Source: an uncultured Gammaproteobacteria bacterium
Lineage (GTDB): Bacteria; Patescibacteriota; Microgenomatia; CAYSOG01
DNA: 64,000 nucleotides
NCBI GenBank assembly: GCA_964432675.1
Contig: CAYSOG010000005.1
Coordinates: 910 to 64,909 of the forward strand
Reading direction: 5' to 3'
The translations under genes and the position numbers were made by a program. Position 1 is the stretch's first letter, and every line of letters begins with the position of its first letter. Shown here piece after piece: positions 19,342 through 27,662 of the stretch. The notes below the pieces were generated by a model. It was given only the letters and a program-made list of their open reading frames with translations, was not told the origin of the DNA and made no database searches.

Positions 19342-20601
19342 ATGATGCCGCTTCACGTTTGGATAAAGGAAAAATATTTACTCACCCTATTTATTTGTCT
19401 ATTCATTATTGTCAGAAGTATCTATTTTCCACTTTTTGCCGCCTTTTCTTCTGACCAAGCGAATTTTTCACTGCATGCATTAGATATCATGGCTTCGCAT
19501 AAATTCACCTTAGTTGGACCGGCAATTTCGTTTGCGCTCGATGGGAGAACAATATTTCAAGGGTCAATTGTCTATTACTTCACCCTTTTATTTTTACTAC
19601 TAGGACATTTGGACCCGATGGTTAGTTCATACCTTTTCATGATTTTCTGCGGATTTATGGTAATACCACTTTACTATGGTGCGAAAATGCTCATCAATAG
19701 CAGAGCCGCTTGGCTTATAACTACTATATATGTCTTTTTTCCTTTTTATATAGCCCACACCCGTTATTTATGGAATGCAAATTATCAGTTTGCCCTTTTG
19801 CCGATTGTTATCTTCCTAATGGGATTGTATAAGGTAAAGTCTAACGTCATTATCTTAGTATTGCTTGGAGGATTGTTAGGGTTACTGCTCCAGTTCCACT
19901 ATCAACTTGTTACCGTTCTTATAGGACTGGTTATTTACTATATAAAATTTGCCAGTCTGGGACTAAAAAGATTAGGCTTATTTTTTGGGGGATTTCTTTT
20001 AGGGCTTTCGCCAATGCTAGCGTTTGAAGTGCATAGCCATTTTTACAATAGCCAGACCATCGTATTCTTCCTCACACATGCAAAGAGCTTTGTTGGCCAG
20101 AAGTCTAATTCCTACTTTGGCACACACTACCTGCTAAGTGTGTCGCTTTTTGCTTTTTTGCTTATTATCTACTTCTTACGGCAACATGTAACTTATCGTC
20201 GGATAGCACTCGTTGGCGGAGTGCTTGGACTTTGGTCGCTTGCCTTAGTTGTCCAAAAACCAAACCATGCTGAAGGCATGATTGCTGGATGGAACTATCC
20301 AAGTGAGGCAAAAGTCCACCAGATTATTGTGGCTCAACATCTTAAGGACTTTAATGTTGTGAATTTGCCGTCAGATACGCTCGCTCAGGTCCAAAAATAC
20401 CTACTGCGCAAGGACAAAGTGAAAATTAACGAGAATAATTATAAGACTGAACACTATCTGTTTGTTATTAGCAAGGATGCAAATTACATGCAAAATCCTG
20501 CATACGAAGTAAACTCTTTTACTCCATCAAGCCTTGTAAACCAATGGCCAATTAATAACGCTTTTACCCTCTATTTGTTGGAAAGGAAACCTCAAGATTA
20601 A
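19342..20601 (+). CDS. Polytopic membrane protein (possible GT-C / ArnT-PMT-like glycosyltransferase)
   Basis: ~10 TM helices in the first 300 aa, then a ~110-aa C-terminal soluble domain. No firm motif. Confidence 0.4.
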   Translation: MMPLHVWIKEKYLLTLFICLFIIVRSIYFPLFAAFSSDQANFSLHALDIMASHKFTLVGPAISFALDGRTIFQGSIVYYFTLLFLLLGHLDPMVSSYLFMIFCGFMVIPLYYGAKMLINSRAAWLITTIYVFFPFYIAHTRYLWNANYQFALLPIVIFLMGLYKVKSNVIILVLLGGLLGLLLQFHYQLVTVLIGLVIYYIKFASLGLKRLGLFFGGFLLGLSPMLAFEVHSHFYNSQTIVFFLTHAKSFVGQKSNSYFGTHYLLSVSLFAFLLIIYFLRQHVTYRRIALVGGVLGLWSLALVVQKPNHAEGMIAGWNYPSEAKVHQIIVAQHLKDFNVVNLPSDTLAQVQKYLLRKDKVKINENNYKTEHYLFVISKDANYMQNPAYEVNSFTPSSLVNQWPINNAFTLYLLERKPQD

Positions 20602-20602
20602 T

Positions 20603-20758
20603 TTACTGTGCCTGGAAGCGGATGAGCTTACATGATTTCTCAAGGACTGTTGCTGGTTGGGCCAAGGTGAAGGTATTGAGCTGTAACTTCTTGTTGCCAG
20701 GGCTGGTGGGAGTAGGACGGGAACTTGGCCTTGGGGTTGGGGTGGCAGATCCCCTGCC
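20603..20758. repeat. ~156-bp segment near-identical to 23178..23333 (3' coding ends of two paralogous genes)
   Basis: Read directly from the sequence: ttactg[t/c]gcctggaagcggatgagcttacatgatttctcaagga ... aaggtattgagctgtaacttcttgttgccagggctggtgggagtaggacgggaacttggccttggggttggggtggcaga. There is a ~19-bp divergent patch in the middle. Confidence 0.85.
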
Positions 20759-21874
20759 AAATAGGTTGCCAAACCAATTAGCTATGATAGCAAAGATATT
20801 TTGGTTACCTGTCGTGCTTCCTAAAACTAAGCTGTTTGAAACCGCTTGTTTAGGAACACAGCTAAACTGAATCCAGGCCCGGTAAATCTTACCTTTTTCA
20901 AGTTGCGGAATTTGGGTTTGCCATTGTGATTGGTATCGTACAAGCGTTGGTGTATTGACTGTTGTTGTCGGGTTCACCGGCCCTGATTGGCCAATGATGG
21001 TGGCATTGTCACTGTCCCCGGCACCGAGGAAGAAGCTCATATTACTGACTTTTGCTTTCTGGGTATTTGACCCTTCAACTTTGGCAAATGCTGTAAATGT
21101 TGTTTGCTTTCCAGGTATGATATCGGTATTATCCATACCGTCACACGTACAAAGCGTTTCATCAAATGGCGTCGGCGATGGACTAGGTGTAGGTGTGGGC
21201 GTTGGGGTTGGGGTGGGCGTAGGTTGGCAGACATTTTGGCCTGCCCCATTTGGCAAACATTTTGGACATCCTACCGCTTGGACACACTGACTATCGTTTT
21301 GGCATATCATACCGCAAGCCGGCGGTGGTGTTGGTGTTGGTGTAGGTGTCGGCGTTGGTGTTGGACTTGGTGTTGGTGGTACCTGACAAATAGAGTGTGC
21401 AATATCATTTGGATTTGGCAAACATGCCGTACATTGGCCGGCTAGGGAACAGTCATTATTGGAATTGCAACTTGAACCACAAGCAGGTGGAGGCGTTGGT
21501 GTCGGGGTTGGGGTCGGTGTTACCGGGTTGGTAATTATCACTGACCCACCGTTTTGGCATGTTAGTGTTAATGTACCATCAGGATTTTGGGTTATTGTTA
21601 CAGCACCATCGGCACCTGCTGCTGCCGTACCGGCTTGCGCTGCTTGTTCAAGCGTAGCTCCCGAAAGTAATGCATTTTTGACCGCCGTGACGATATTAAT
21701 CCAGGCGGGCATGTTTGGCACCGTATTAATATTCGGTATATAGTCGCCAAATCCACCATAACTCAAGTTTCCATTTAAAACTTCCCGCTGTGCATAAGCA
21801 ACATTAGTTAATCGTGTAGTACTCACGATTCCAAGACTTAAAAGTAATATTGCTAGAACTAACTTTATTCTCAT
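20603..21874 (-). CDS. Secreted modular protein: signal peptide, Pro-Thr linkers, repeated 6-Cys modules, conserved beta-domain and conserved C-terminal tail
   Basis: Signal peptide MRIKLVLAILLLSLGIV. Modules of the form ACGSSCNSNNDCSLAGQCTACLPN are separated by PTPTPT linkers. The C-terminal 50 aa are nearly identical to 23178..24494. Confidence 0.7.
   Translation of the reverse strand: MRIKLVLAILLLSLGIVSTTRLTNVAYAQREVLNGNLSYGGFGDYIPNINTVPNMPAWINIVTAVKNALLSGATLEQAAQAGTAAAGADGAVTITQNPDGTLTLTCQNGGSVIITNPVTPTPTPTPTPPPACGSSCNSNNDCSLAGQCTACLPNPNDIAHSICQVPPTPSPTPTPTPTPTPTPPPACGMICQNDSQCVQAVGCPKCLPNGAGQNVCQPTPTPTPTPTPTPSPSPTPFDETLCTCDGMDNTDIIPGKQTTFTAFAKVEGSNTQKAKVSNMSFFLGAGDSDNATIIGQSGPVNPTTTVNTPTLVRYQSQWQTQIPQLEKGKIYRAWIQFSCVPKQAVSNSLVLGSTTGNQNIFAIIANWFGNLFGRGSATPTPRPSSRPTPTSPGNKKLQLNTFTLAQPATVLEKSCKLIRFQAQ
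21176..21376. repeat. Imperfect tandem GGTGTT/GGGGTT-type repeats encoding Pro-Thr linkers (coding microsatellite)
   Basis: ggtgtaggtgtgggcgttggggttggggtgggcgtaggt and ggtggtgttggtgttggtgtaggtgtcggcgttggtgttgg. Similar tracts occur at ~21490-21530 and ~23756-23815. Confidence 0.7.
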
Positions 21875-23130
21875 GATTTAATAAGCGATTGAAATTCTTG
21901 GTTTGCTGCCAGTCCTTCAAAAAATTTGTACTTGACATCATTCCTGGCGGTTATCTTTATACCTGGATTTTCCTCAATGGCCTGCTTAACAAATTGTAAG
22001 GCAAGCGTCTGGTTACCGAGCTTTGAAAGCGTTTTTGCAAATTCATAGCTGAGCCTTGCTTTCATGCCTGTTTTGTCATTTTGCGTTAAAAGCGTATTAT
22101 CATTGTCTATCCTTTTTAGGGCGTAGGCAAAGTAACCAGCCGCTTCCTTATCATAGCCACCGGCACGAACGACGATACCGATTAAGTAGTAATTTTCGGA
22201 AATCTTCGGATTTAGGGCAATCGCTTTTTTTAAGGCATTCACTCCTTCATAGGTGTGCCCATTGATCGCCATGAGGTATCCATACTGTGCTGCAGCTGGA
22301 GCAAAGGAGGGGTCTGCCGCTACAGCTTGCTTAGCAAACCCAATTGCCTTATCCATGGAAACAATTTTTGTCTGTTCTATTGTCGCCATGTTTGTGAAAG
22401 CTTCTGATTTAAGTTGCGCCGGTATAGTCGGCTGTTGCGTGGCCTGCTGGAAATACGTGAACGCTTCAGTAACATTACCCTTTCTTACACTTTGGCGGGC
22501 TTTTGCTAAAACGGCCTGGGGATTTTTAGGATCTAAAGCATAGGCTTTGTCGTATGCTTGGAAGGCACTTTGCTGTTGGCCTAGAAACTCTAGGACGTGG
22601 CCTTTATGGAACCAAGCTTCGGGATTTTTACCGTCAACCGCTATAGCTTTATTGTAATAACCCAGCGCTTCGGTGTATTTGCCGGCTGTTTCATTAATAT
22701 ACCCTGCTGCCAAAAGGACATTGACATCATTTGGATATTTGGCTAAAGCTTGATCGATGTATTTTTTTGCACTATTAAATGCACTTGTCTCATCACCACT
22801 TAAATTACCTTTTTCTGCTATTGTGGTAATTAATCCAGCAAACAGGCTTGGGTCTTGCTGCATACCAAGTGCTTGCGTGAACTTCTTTTCTGCACTAGTG
22901 TAATTACCACCGTTATAATCTGCAGCCGCGCTTGCCCCAAGCGTTAAAGCGGCTGATTGGTTATTCGGTTTGTTAAATTTCAAGACCAAAAGGGTAATAA
23001 CAACCAATACGGCTCCAATGATAAGACATACCAGTAGCACATTCCCCTTCGGATTATTATTGTCAGATTGTTGGTTGGAAGATAATCCTTGAAGTAGTAG
23101 ATTTTTTTCAGCCTTTATGTCATTGCGCAT
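21871..23130 (-). CDS. Membrane-anchored tetratricopeptide-repeat (TPR) protein
   Basis: N-terminal TM helix, then multiple TPR-like repeats with the recurring pattern A..Y..A...P....A. It overlaps the upstream gene's stop by 4 bp. Confidence 0.75.
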   Translation of the reverse strand: MRNDIKAEKNLLLQGLSSNQQSDNNNPKGNVLLVCLIIGAVLVVITLLVLKFNKPNNQSAALTLGASAAADYNGGNYTSAEKKFTQALGMQQDPSLFAGLITTIAEKGNLSGDETSAFNSAKKYIDQALAKYPNDVNVLLAAGYINETAGKYTEALGYYNKAIAVDGKNPEAWFHKGHVLEFLGQQQSAFQAYDKAYALDPKNPQAVLAKARQSVRKGNVTEAFTYFQQATQQPTIPAQLKSEAFTNMATIEQTKIVSMDKAIGFAKQAVAADPSFAPAAAQYGYLMAINGHTYEGVNALKKAIALNPKISENYYLIGIVVRAGGYDKEAAGYFAYALKRIDNDNTLLTQNDKTGMKARLSYEFAKTLSKLGNQTLALQFVKQAIEENPGIKITARNDVKYKFFEGLAANQEFQSLIKS

Positions 23131-23177
23131 ATTTTAATACTATCACTCTACCTTTTAAGACTGCAACAATGGCATAT

Positions 23178-23333
23178 TTACTGCGCCTGGAAGCGGATGA
23201 GCTTACATGATTTCTCAAGGATGAGGGAGGGTTGGCCCAAGGTGAAGGTATTGAGCTGTAACTTCTTGTTGCCAGGGCTGGTGGGAGTAGGACGGGAACT
23301 TGGCCTTGGGGTTGGGGTGGCAGACCCCCTGCC
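23178..23333. repeat. Partner copy of the near-identical 3' coding segment (see 20603..20758)
   Basis: Direct comparison of the two segments. Confidence 0.85.
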
Positions 23334-24494
23334 GATCAGACGGCTAAACCAGCTGCCAATGATATCCCAGATACTCGAGTTTTGGCTAGACGATCCTAAG
23401 ACTAAGCTGTTGACCGTACTGGCTGGACCCTTTTGGGCACAGTCAATTTGAACCCAGGCCCGGTAGATCTTACCCTTTTCCAGTTGGGGAATTTGCTGCT
23501 GCCAAGTTGATTGGTAACGGACAAGGTTGGGATTGTTGGCAATGACTTGGGACTGAACTGGTCCTGATTGGCCAATGATGGTGGCATTGTCACTGTCCCC
23601 GGCACCGAGGAAGAAACGGATGTCGTTCACTTGGGCTTTGGAAGTATCAGCCCCTTCTACCTTGGCAAAGGCCGTAAAGGTTGTTTGTTGGCCTGGGGTA
23701 ATATCAGTCGTATCCATACCATCACACTTACACATATCAGGGCTAAAGCCTGGTGTTGGGGAAGGAGTTGGTGGGGATGTTGGTGGTGGGGTTGGCGGTG
23801 GGGTTGGAGGAACCTGGCAAGTATTAATGCCACCACCGTTTGGCAGACATGCTGTGCACTGGCCAGCTAATGAACAGTCGTTGTTATTGTTACATTGACT
23901 ATTGCAAGCTGGAGGCGGCGACGGTGATGGGGTCGCTACGGGACAACTGCAGCTAGTGCTATCTTGGCAAGATGGATTTCGGCATTGGCCCTGGAAACAA
24001 AATCCGGAAGCACAATCCGAATTCCCTTGGCATGTGGCATTACAGGCTAAATTTGGTTGCGGCGTTGGTGTTGGTGGAACTTGGCACGTATTTTGGCCGC
24101 CGCCGTTTGGTAAGCAGGCGGAACATTGGCCAGCTAATGAACAGTCGTTGTTATTGTTACATTGGCTGTTACAGGCCGGCGTGGTTGTCGGTGCAGGTGT
24201 GGGGTTCTGGCAGGAATCAACCTTACAGTTAATCCACCCATTGCTACATTGGAAATGATAAATGCCGACGTTACCGGTGGCGGGCTCGCACTGGTCATCT
24301 ACCGGTACACAAATTTGGTCTGGACGACACTGGTTACCACAAACCTCAGGAACAGCATTACTCACAGCAATAGCTTGCGGTGCTGCGGCAAACCACACGA
24401 TCATCGATACTAACACTGAGAAAAAGGCAATCATAATGCGGCTTGTCTTACTAACGCCGCGCCAAACTCGTTCACCTTTTTTTATAAAGGACAT
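23178..24494 (-). CDS. Secreted modular Cys-rich / Pro-Thr-linker protein, paralog of 20603..21874
   Basis: It has the same 6-Cys modules (ACNSQCNNNNDCSLAGQCSACLPNGGGQNTCQVPPTP), the same beta-domain (CDGMD..FTAFAKVEG..FFLGAGDSDNATIIGQSGPV) and the identical C-terminal tail. The N-terminal region differs. An alternative start at the signal-peptide Met is ~24434. Confidence 0.7.
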   Translation of the reverse strand: MSFIKKGERVWRGVSKTSRIMIAFFSVLVSMIVWFAAAPQAIAVSNAVPEVCGNQCRPDQICVPVDDQCEPATGNVGIYHFQCSNGWINCKVDSCQNPTPAPTTTPACNSQCNNNNDCSLAGQCSACLPNGGGQNTCQVPPTPTPQPNLACNATCQGNSDCASGFCFQGQCRNPSCQDSTSCSCPVATPSPSPPPACNSQCNNNNDCSLAGQCTACLPNGGGINTCQVPPTPPPTPPPTSPPTPSPTPGFSPDMCKCDGMDTTDITPGQQTTFTAFAKVEGADTSKAQVNDIRFFLGAGDSDNATIIGQSGPVQSQVIANNPNLVRYQSTWQQQIPQLEKGKIYRAWVQIDCAQKGPASTVNSLVLGSSSQNSSIWDIIGSWFSRLIGRGSATPTPRPSSRPTPTSPGNKKLQLNTFTLGQPSLILEKSCKLIRFQAQ

Positions 24495-24495
24495 A

Positions 24496-25731
24496 TTACC
24501 CTGTCCCTTTCAATAAATATAGTAAATAAAGCGTATAAGCGCTATCGGACGTTAAGATATAATGTTCTGTTCCAGCCCCCATCGCAATCGGCCTAGCCAT
24601 AAATATCGTCCCGCCTTCGCCATAAATTTTCTTTTGCTGCTTGCCATCATAAAACGTGTTCATGAAAAATGCCATGAGTTTTTTCCCTGTATCATTATAA
24701 GACTTGTCATTTGTTACCTGCGCCATCTCGAAGTAACTCTCAATACATGGCTGGATTTCTACCGGGTTTATGAATCCGTCGTAATCCTTCGTTAAGTCGT
24801 ATGTTGCCATCGATTGTTTCACCGCCTGTAAAATTTGGGGGTTATTTTGCCGGCCAATGTCGATGCCGGCCAGCCAATACCAGCAACCAAACTGCGGAAA
24901 ATGAGGGCCGGTTACATAGTAAAGCGGTACTTGTTGCTTAAAGGTGTTTTGAGCCAAATCGAAGCGCTTGATCGCTTCCTGCATGTATTGTGTGTTGTGG
25001 GTGATCTCAGACACGAGCGCCAACTCCCGTGCCTCAATAGTAAGCAGCATATATTGGGTATTGGGCGGTGTTTTAGTAAGCAAGTCGGCTTCCTGATTTA
25101 AAAACGTCAAAATAGCCGGGTCTTTGGTCTCGCTATACAACCGAACCGGTTGGTCTAATATCCAAAGACACTGATTTCGGTTTGCAGCACACCAAGTATT
25201 AAGCGATGCGAAATCGGCTTTCGCGAGCTGCAAGTATTTGGGATTATTTTGCATTTTATAACCTGCTAAATAACCTAACATTGTCCAACTATTCGTAGTC
25301 TGAAATACTTGCTGGCCGTTGAATGGACACACGCTTTGACCATTTTTAGGAATGCACTGATTATTGTACCGTGAAATGTAATTATAAAACCCATCTTTGC
25401 GCTGCATACTCTGCAAGTAAAGCAACGAGGTAAGCGTGACCGCTGTAACTGCTGAAGGATCATTTTTGGCAATTTGGCCGCCAAAACCGCCTTCCCTCGC
25501 TGCTGCTGCTCCACCGGCCGTTCCCTGCTTAGAAGCAGCATTTTTACCTAAACGGAGCAATAGCAACAGCAATGCCGTCACAATGACTGCAACAATACCT
25601 ATCGGCAACCAATATTTTCGAAAAAATGAAACTTTCTGTTGTATACGCGGTTGACTAGGAGATTCTAAAGGCGGTTGCGGTGTTTGATCCTCTGGTGTGA
25701 TTGGTGGTTGAGATGTAGATTTGTTATCCAT
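24496..25731 (-). CDS. Type II membrane protein with Pro-rich cytoplasmic N-terminus and large extracytoplasmic domain (function unknown)
   Basis: Pro/Gln-rich N-terminus, a single TM helix (IGIVAVIVTALLLLLL) and a ~330-aa extracellular domain with several Cys and Trp. No firm motif. Confidence 0.45.
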   Translation of the reverse strand: MDNKSTSQPPITPEDQTPQPPLESPSQPRIQQKVSFFRKYWLPIGIVAVIVTALLLLLLRLGKNAASKQGTAGGAAAAREGGFGGQIAKNDPSAVTAVTLTSLLYLQSMQRKDGFYNYISRYNNQCIPKNGQSVCPFNGQQVFQTTNSWTMLGYLAGYKMQNNPKYLQLAKADFASLNTWCAANRNQCLWILDQPVRLYSETKDPAILTFLNQEADLLTKTPPNTQYMLLTIEARELALVSEITHNTQYMQEAIKRFDLAQNTFKQQVPLYYVTGPHFPQFGCWYWLAGIDIGRQNNPQILQAVKQSMATYDLTKDYDGFINPVEIQPCIESYFEMAQVTNDKSYNDTGKKLMAFFMNTFYDGKQQKKIYGEGGTIFMARPIAMGAGTEHYILTSDSAYTLYLLYLLKGTG

Positions 25732-25751
25732 TGCAGCGTCATAACCGTTTG

Positions 25752-26345
25752 TTATTTATTGGTATCGGCAAGCTTGAGATAAAAGTAGAGTGCGGTTCCA
25801 GCAAGCATAAAGCCTAAGCCGCCGAAGGCCAGAAGTAAGGTTGTTTCAGCACTACCCGTTTTTGGCAATTTAGCCGGAGGTGTGGGTGTTGGGGCAATCG
25901 TCCCACCGCCTTGGACTTGGCAAAGCAAACTAAAGGTTCCGGTGGCACCAGTATTGCCGCATGAATTAACCGCTGCGACATCACATTTGTAGGTTTTCCC
26001 CTGCGTTACAGGAAAAGTTACCTTGGTTGTAGCAGTCGGTTCAGATTCACTTTTCACAACTTTCCCGCTTTCAACTTCAGTTACGGTTAAATTGTATGAT
26101 GAAGCGTTTGCCACAGCCCCCCAACTACAACTAGCGTTCACAAACGAACATTGGGCGCCATTACAGCTTGGGAACTCAACCAAGACACTCGAAACTTGGT
26201 CTGGAACTGGACAAGCCTGGGCTTGTGCTTGCACCTGCGGAACAAGAGCACTGGGCTTCGGTAATGCCGAAGGCGCCAAGACCAAAAGGCCAAAACCCAG
26301 AATGGTAACGAATAGTGGCAGCAATCGTATTTTCATGCTATTCAT
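25752..26345 (-). CDS. Cell-wall-anchored surface protein with LPXTG sorting signal (sortase substrate)
   Basis: Signal peptide, then a Cys-containing Ig/FN3-like region, then a C-terminal LPKTG (at 25854..25868) followed by the hydrophobic stretch LLLAFGGLGFMLAGTALYFYL and the basic tail KLADTNK. Confidence 0.65.
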   Translation of the reverse strand: MNSMKIRLLPLFVTILGFGLLVLAPSALPKPSALVPQVQAQAQACPVPDQVSSVLVEFPSCNGAQCSFVNASCSWGAVANASSYNLTVTEVESGKVVKSESEPTATTKVTFPVTQGKTYKCDVAAVNSCGNTGATGTFSLLCQVQGGGTIAPTPTPPAKLPKTGSAETTLLLAFGGLGFMLAGTALYFYLKLADTNK

Positions 26346-26485
26346 GTCTGAAAGGTTGGTATAACGTCAAAAAAATCTACCTAGTATTTAGCGTAGTACT
26401 ATTAATAGAGATAGTCAAGACAACAACGTAAAAACGTGCTCTTTATTTTATAAATGGAATATAGAACAACGGGATATCATCAGAA

Positions 26486-26539
26486 GGGAAAAAATAAGGC
26501 AGGGGCTGAAACGGGTGTAAACCGCTTCGGCCACCTGCC
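26486..26539 (-). terminator. Rho-independent terminator downstream of 26551..27591
   Basis: On the minus strand: GGCAGGTGGCcgaagcggtttacacccgtttcaGCCCCTGCC, a 9-bp stem with one bulge, followed by TTATTTTTTCC. It lies 12 nt past the stop codon. Confidence 0.7.
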
Positions 26540-26550
26540 GATTAAATATC

Positions 26551-27591
26551 TTAACTACTGCGAACGTGGAGCATCTGCTGAAACATCCTCGACAATGACC
26601 ACCCCCGCGGTTCAGGCATGGCTGCCATACCGATACTGGGTACGGGTTCATTAGCTGGATACGATTGCCGAAAGACATCAAAGACATTAACCGCTGTTGA
26701 TAGCAAGTCCTCTTTCAAGCAAAGCTCATCGCAGAGCAACATACTGCGAAAACCATGGTCATACAACCAGGCAAGCTCAAGGAAATCTGAACAGGAAGGC
26801 ACTGGAGCATGCACAACTGATAGCAGTATCCTTGAACCGACACATGCTTCGGGATCTTTACTTATAATAAGCTCGTGGGCCGCTAAAATTTCATGCGGTT
26901 TATCGATTTCAACGTATAGGTCACCACGGGCTACTACTAAGACAAGGTTGGATTGCTTGACGAATTCGTTTTGGACGTATGCCAGACCTTTAGGGTTTTC
27001 AATTTTTAGCATTACCTCTTGATCGCGACCAACAACGTCAAGAAACTCTTCAACGTCAGCCTGCCGCTCAACAAATGAAAGGTAATACCTTGTAAAACCG
27101 GCCTTTTTCACCTTTGCAATTTTTTCATATTCTACATCGGTAAAAAGTGGGCCATTGACAACCAGGCTTGGGTCACGAATACAGATCGATTCCCCAGCCT
27201 TGATATTGTAGTACGGTGGCTCAGTCAAGTGTAACTCATAGCCATCGTCCGACAACTCGGTTAAAAGCGCATTATCTTCGCCAGCTTTCAAAAGGACTGG
27301 TGTTGGTGTTACCACACTAATTGGATGGTTTAGGCGAAGCTTTGGGTATTCTTTACCACCGCGCTCTACAACCTCGACCTCAGCAATGCGTAGTTGCCTG
27401 CCCTTAACGTCGAAGTAAAGCGGCACGGTTGGCGCCGTATTAGCGATAATGGCTAGCTCTGCATCGAGGTCATCGAGAGCCATCATGGCAGAGTTTATCC
27501 TAATACCGGCAAGCCTTGGATCTTTTGCAAACCGTTCAAAATGCGGAAAACTTGGCCACAATGTGACATGGAGTTTTGCAGTATTCGCCAC
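26551..27591 (-). CDS. Pyruvate-kinase-like barrel domain protein (lacks the PK C-terminal domain)
   Basis: DVKGRQLRI (compare PK DTKGPEIR) and VVARGDLYVEIDKPHE (compare the PK signature MVARGDLGVEIP). At 346 aa it is shorter than bona fide PK. Confidence 0.45.
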   Translation of the reverse strand: MANTAKLHVTLWPSFPHFERFAKDPRLAGIRINSAMMALDDLDAELAIIANTAPTVPLYFDVKGRQLRIAEVEVVERGGKEYPKLRLNHPISVVTPTPVLLKAGEDNALLTELSDDGYELHLTEPPYYNIKAGESICIRDPSLVVNGPLFTDVEYEKIAKVKKAGFTRYYLSFVERQADVEEFLDVVGRDQEVMLKIENPKGLAYVQNEFVKQSNLVLVVARGDLYVEIDKPHEILAAHELIISKDPEACVGSRILLSVVHAPVPSCSDFLELAWLYDHGFRSMLLCDELCLKEDLLSTAVNVFDVFRQSYPANEPVPSIGMAAMPEPRGWSLSRMFQQMLHVRSS

Positions 27592-27662
27592 GGTACCTCC
27601 TTACCTTTAGCGAGTAAGAACTAGGGGACGGCACCTGCCACCCCCTAGTTGAATTTTGACGA

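Noticed and set aside
21176-21376. CRISPR-like or tandem-repeat array
   Set aside because: The repeats are 6-nt imperfect units inside an ORF, without spacers of uniform length. They are a coding PT-linker microsatellite, not CRISPR.
20955-21743. Plus-strand ORFs with GVGVGV repeats or W/C-rich low complexity (20955..21290, 21104..21445, 21459..21743, 23568..24258)
   Set aside because: These are antisense shadow ORFs of the Pro-Thr linker repeats in the minus-strand genes. They have no signal sequences or independent start context.
20603-23333. Diversity-generating retroelement (DGR) variable regions at the near-identical 3' ends of the two Cys-rich genes
   Set aside because: Differences between the two copies are not confined to positions consistent with adenine-templated mutagenesis (there are c/g, g/t and c/t changes). 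The conserved stretch is the invariant part rather than the variable part. No reverse transcriptase or template repeat is present in the window.
26440-26660. Possible tmRNA / SRP RNA / other structured ncRNA (GGGGCTGAAACGGG..., GNRA/UUCG-like hairpins)
   Set aside because: No tag-peptide reading frame ending in a hydrophobic tripeptide plus stop. No SRP domain IV or RNase P P4 consensus. The structure is fully explained as a rho-independent terminator (stem plus U-tract) on the minus strand 12 nt after a stop codon.
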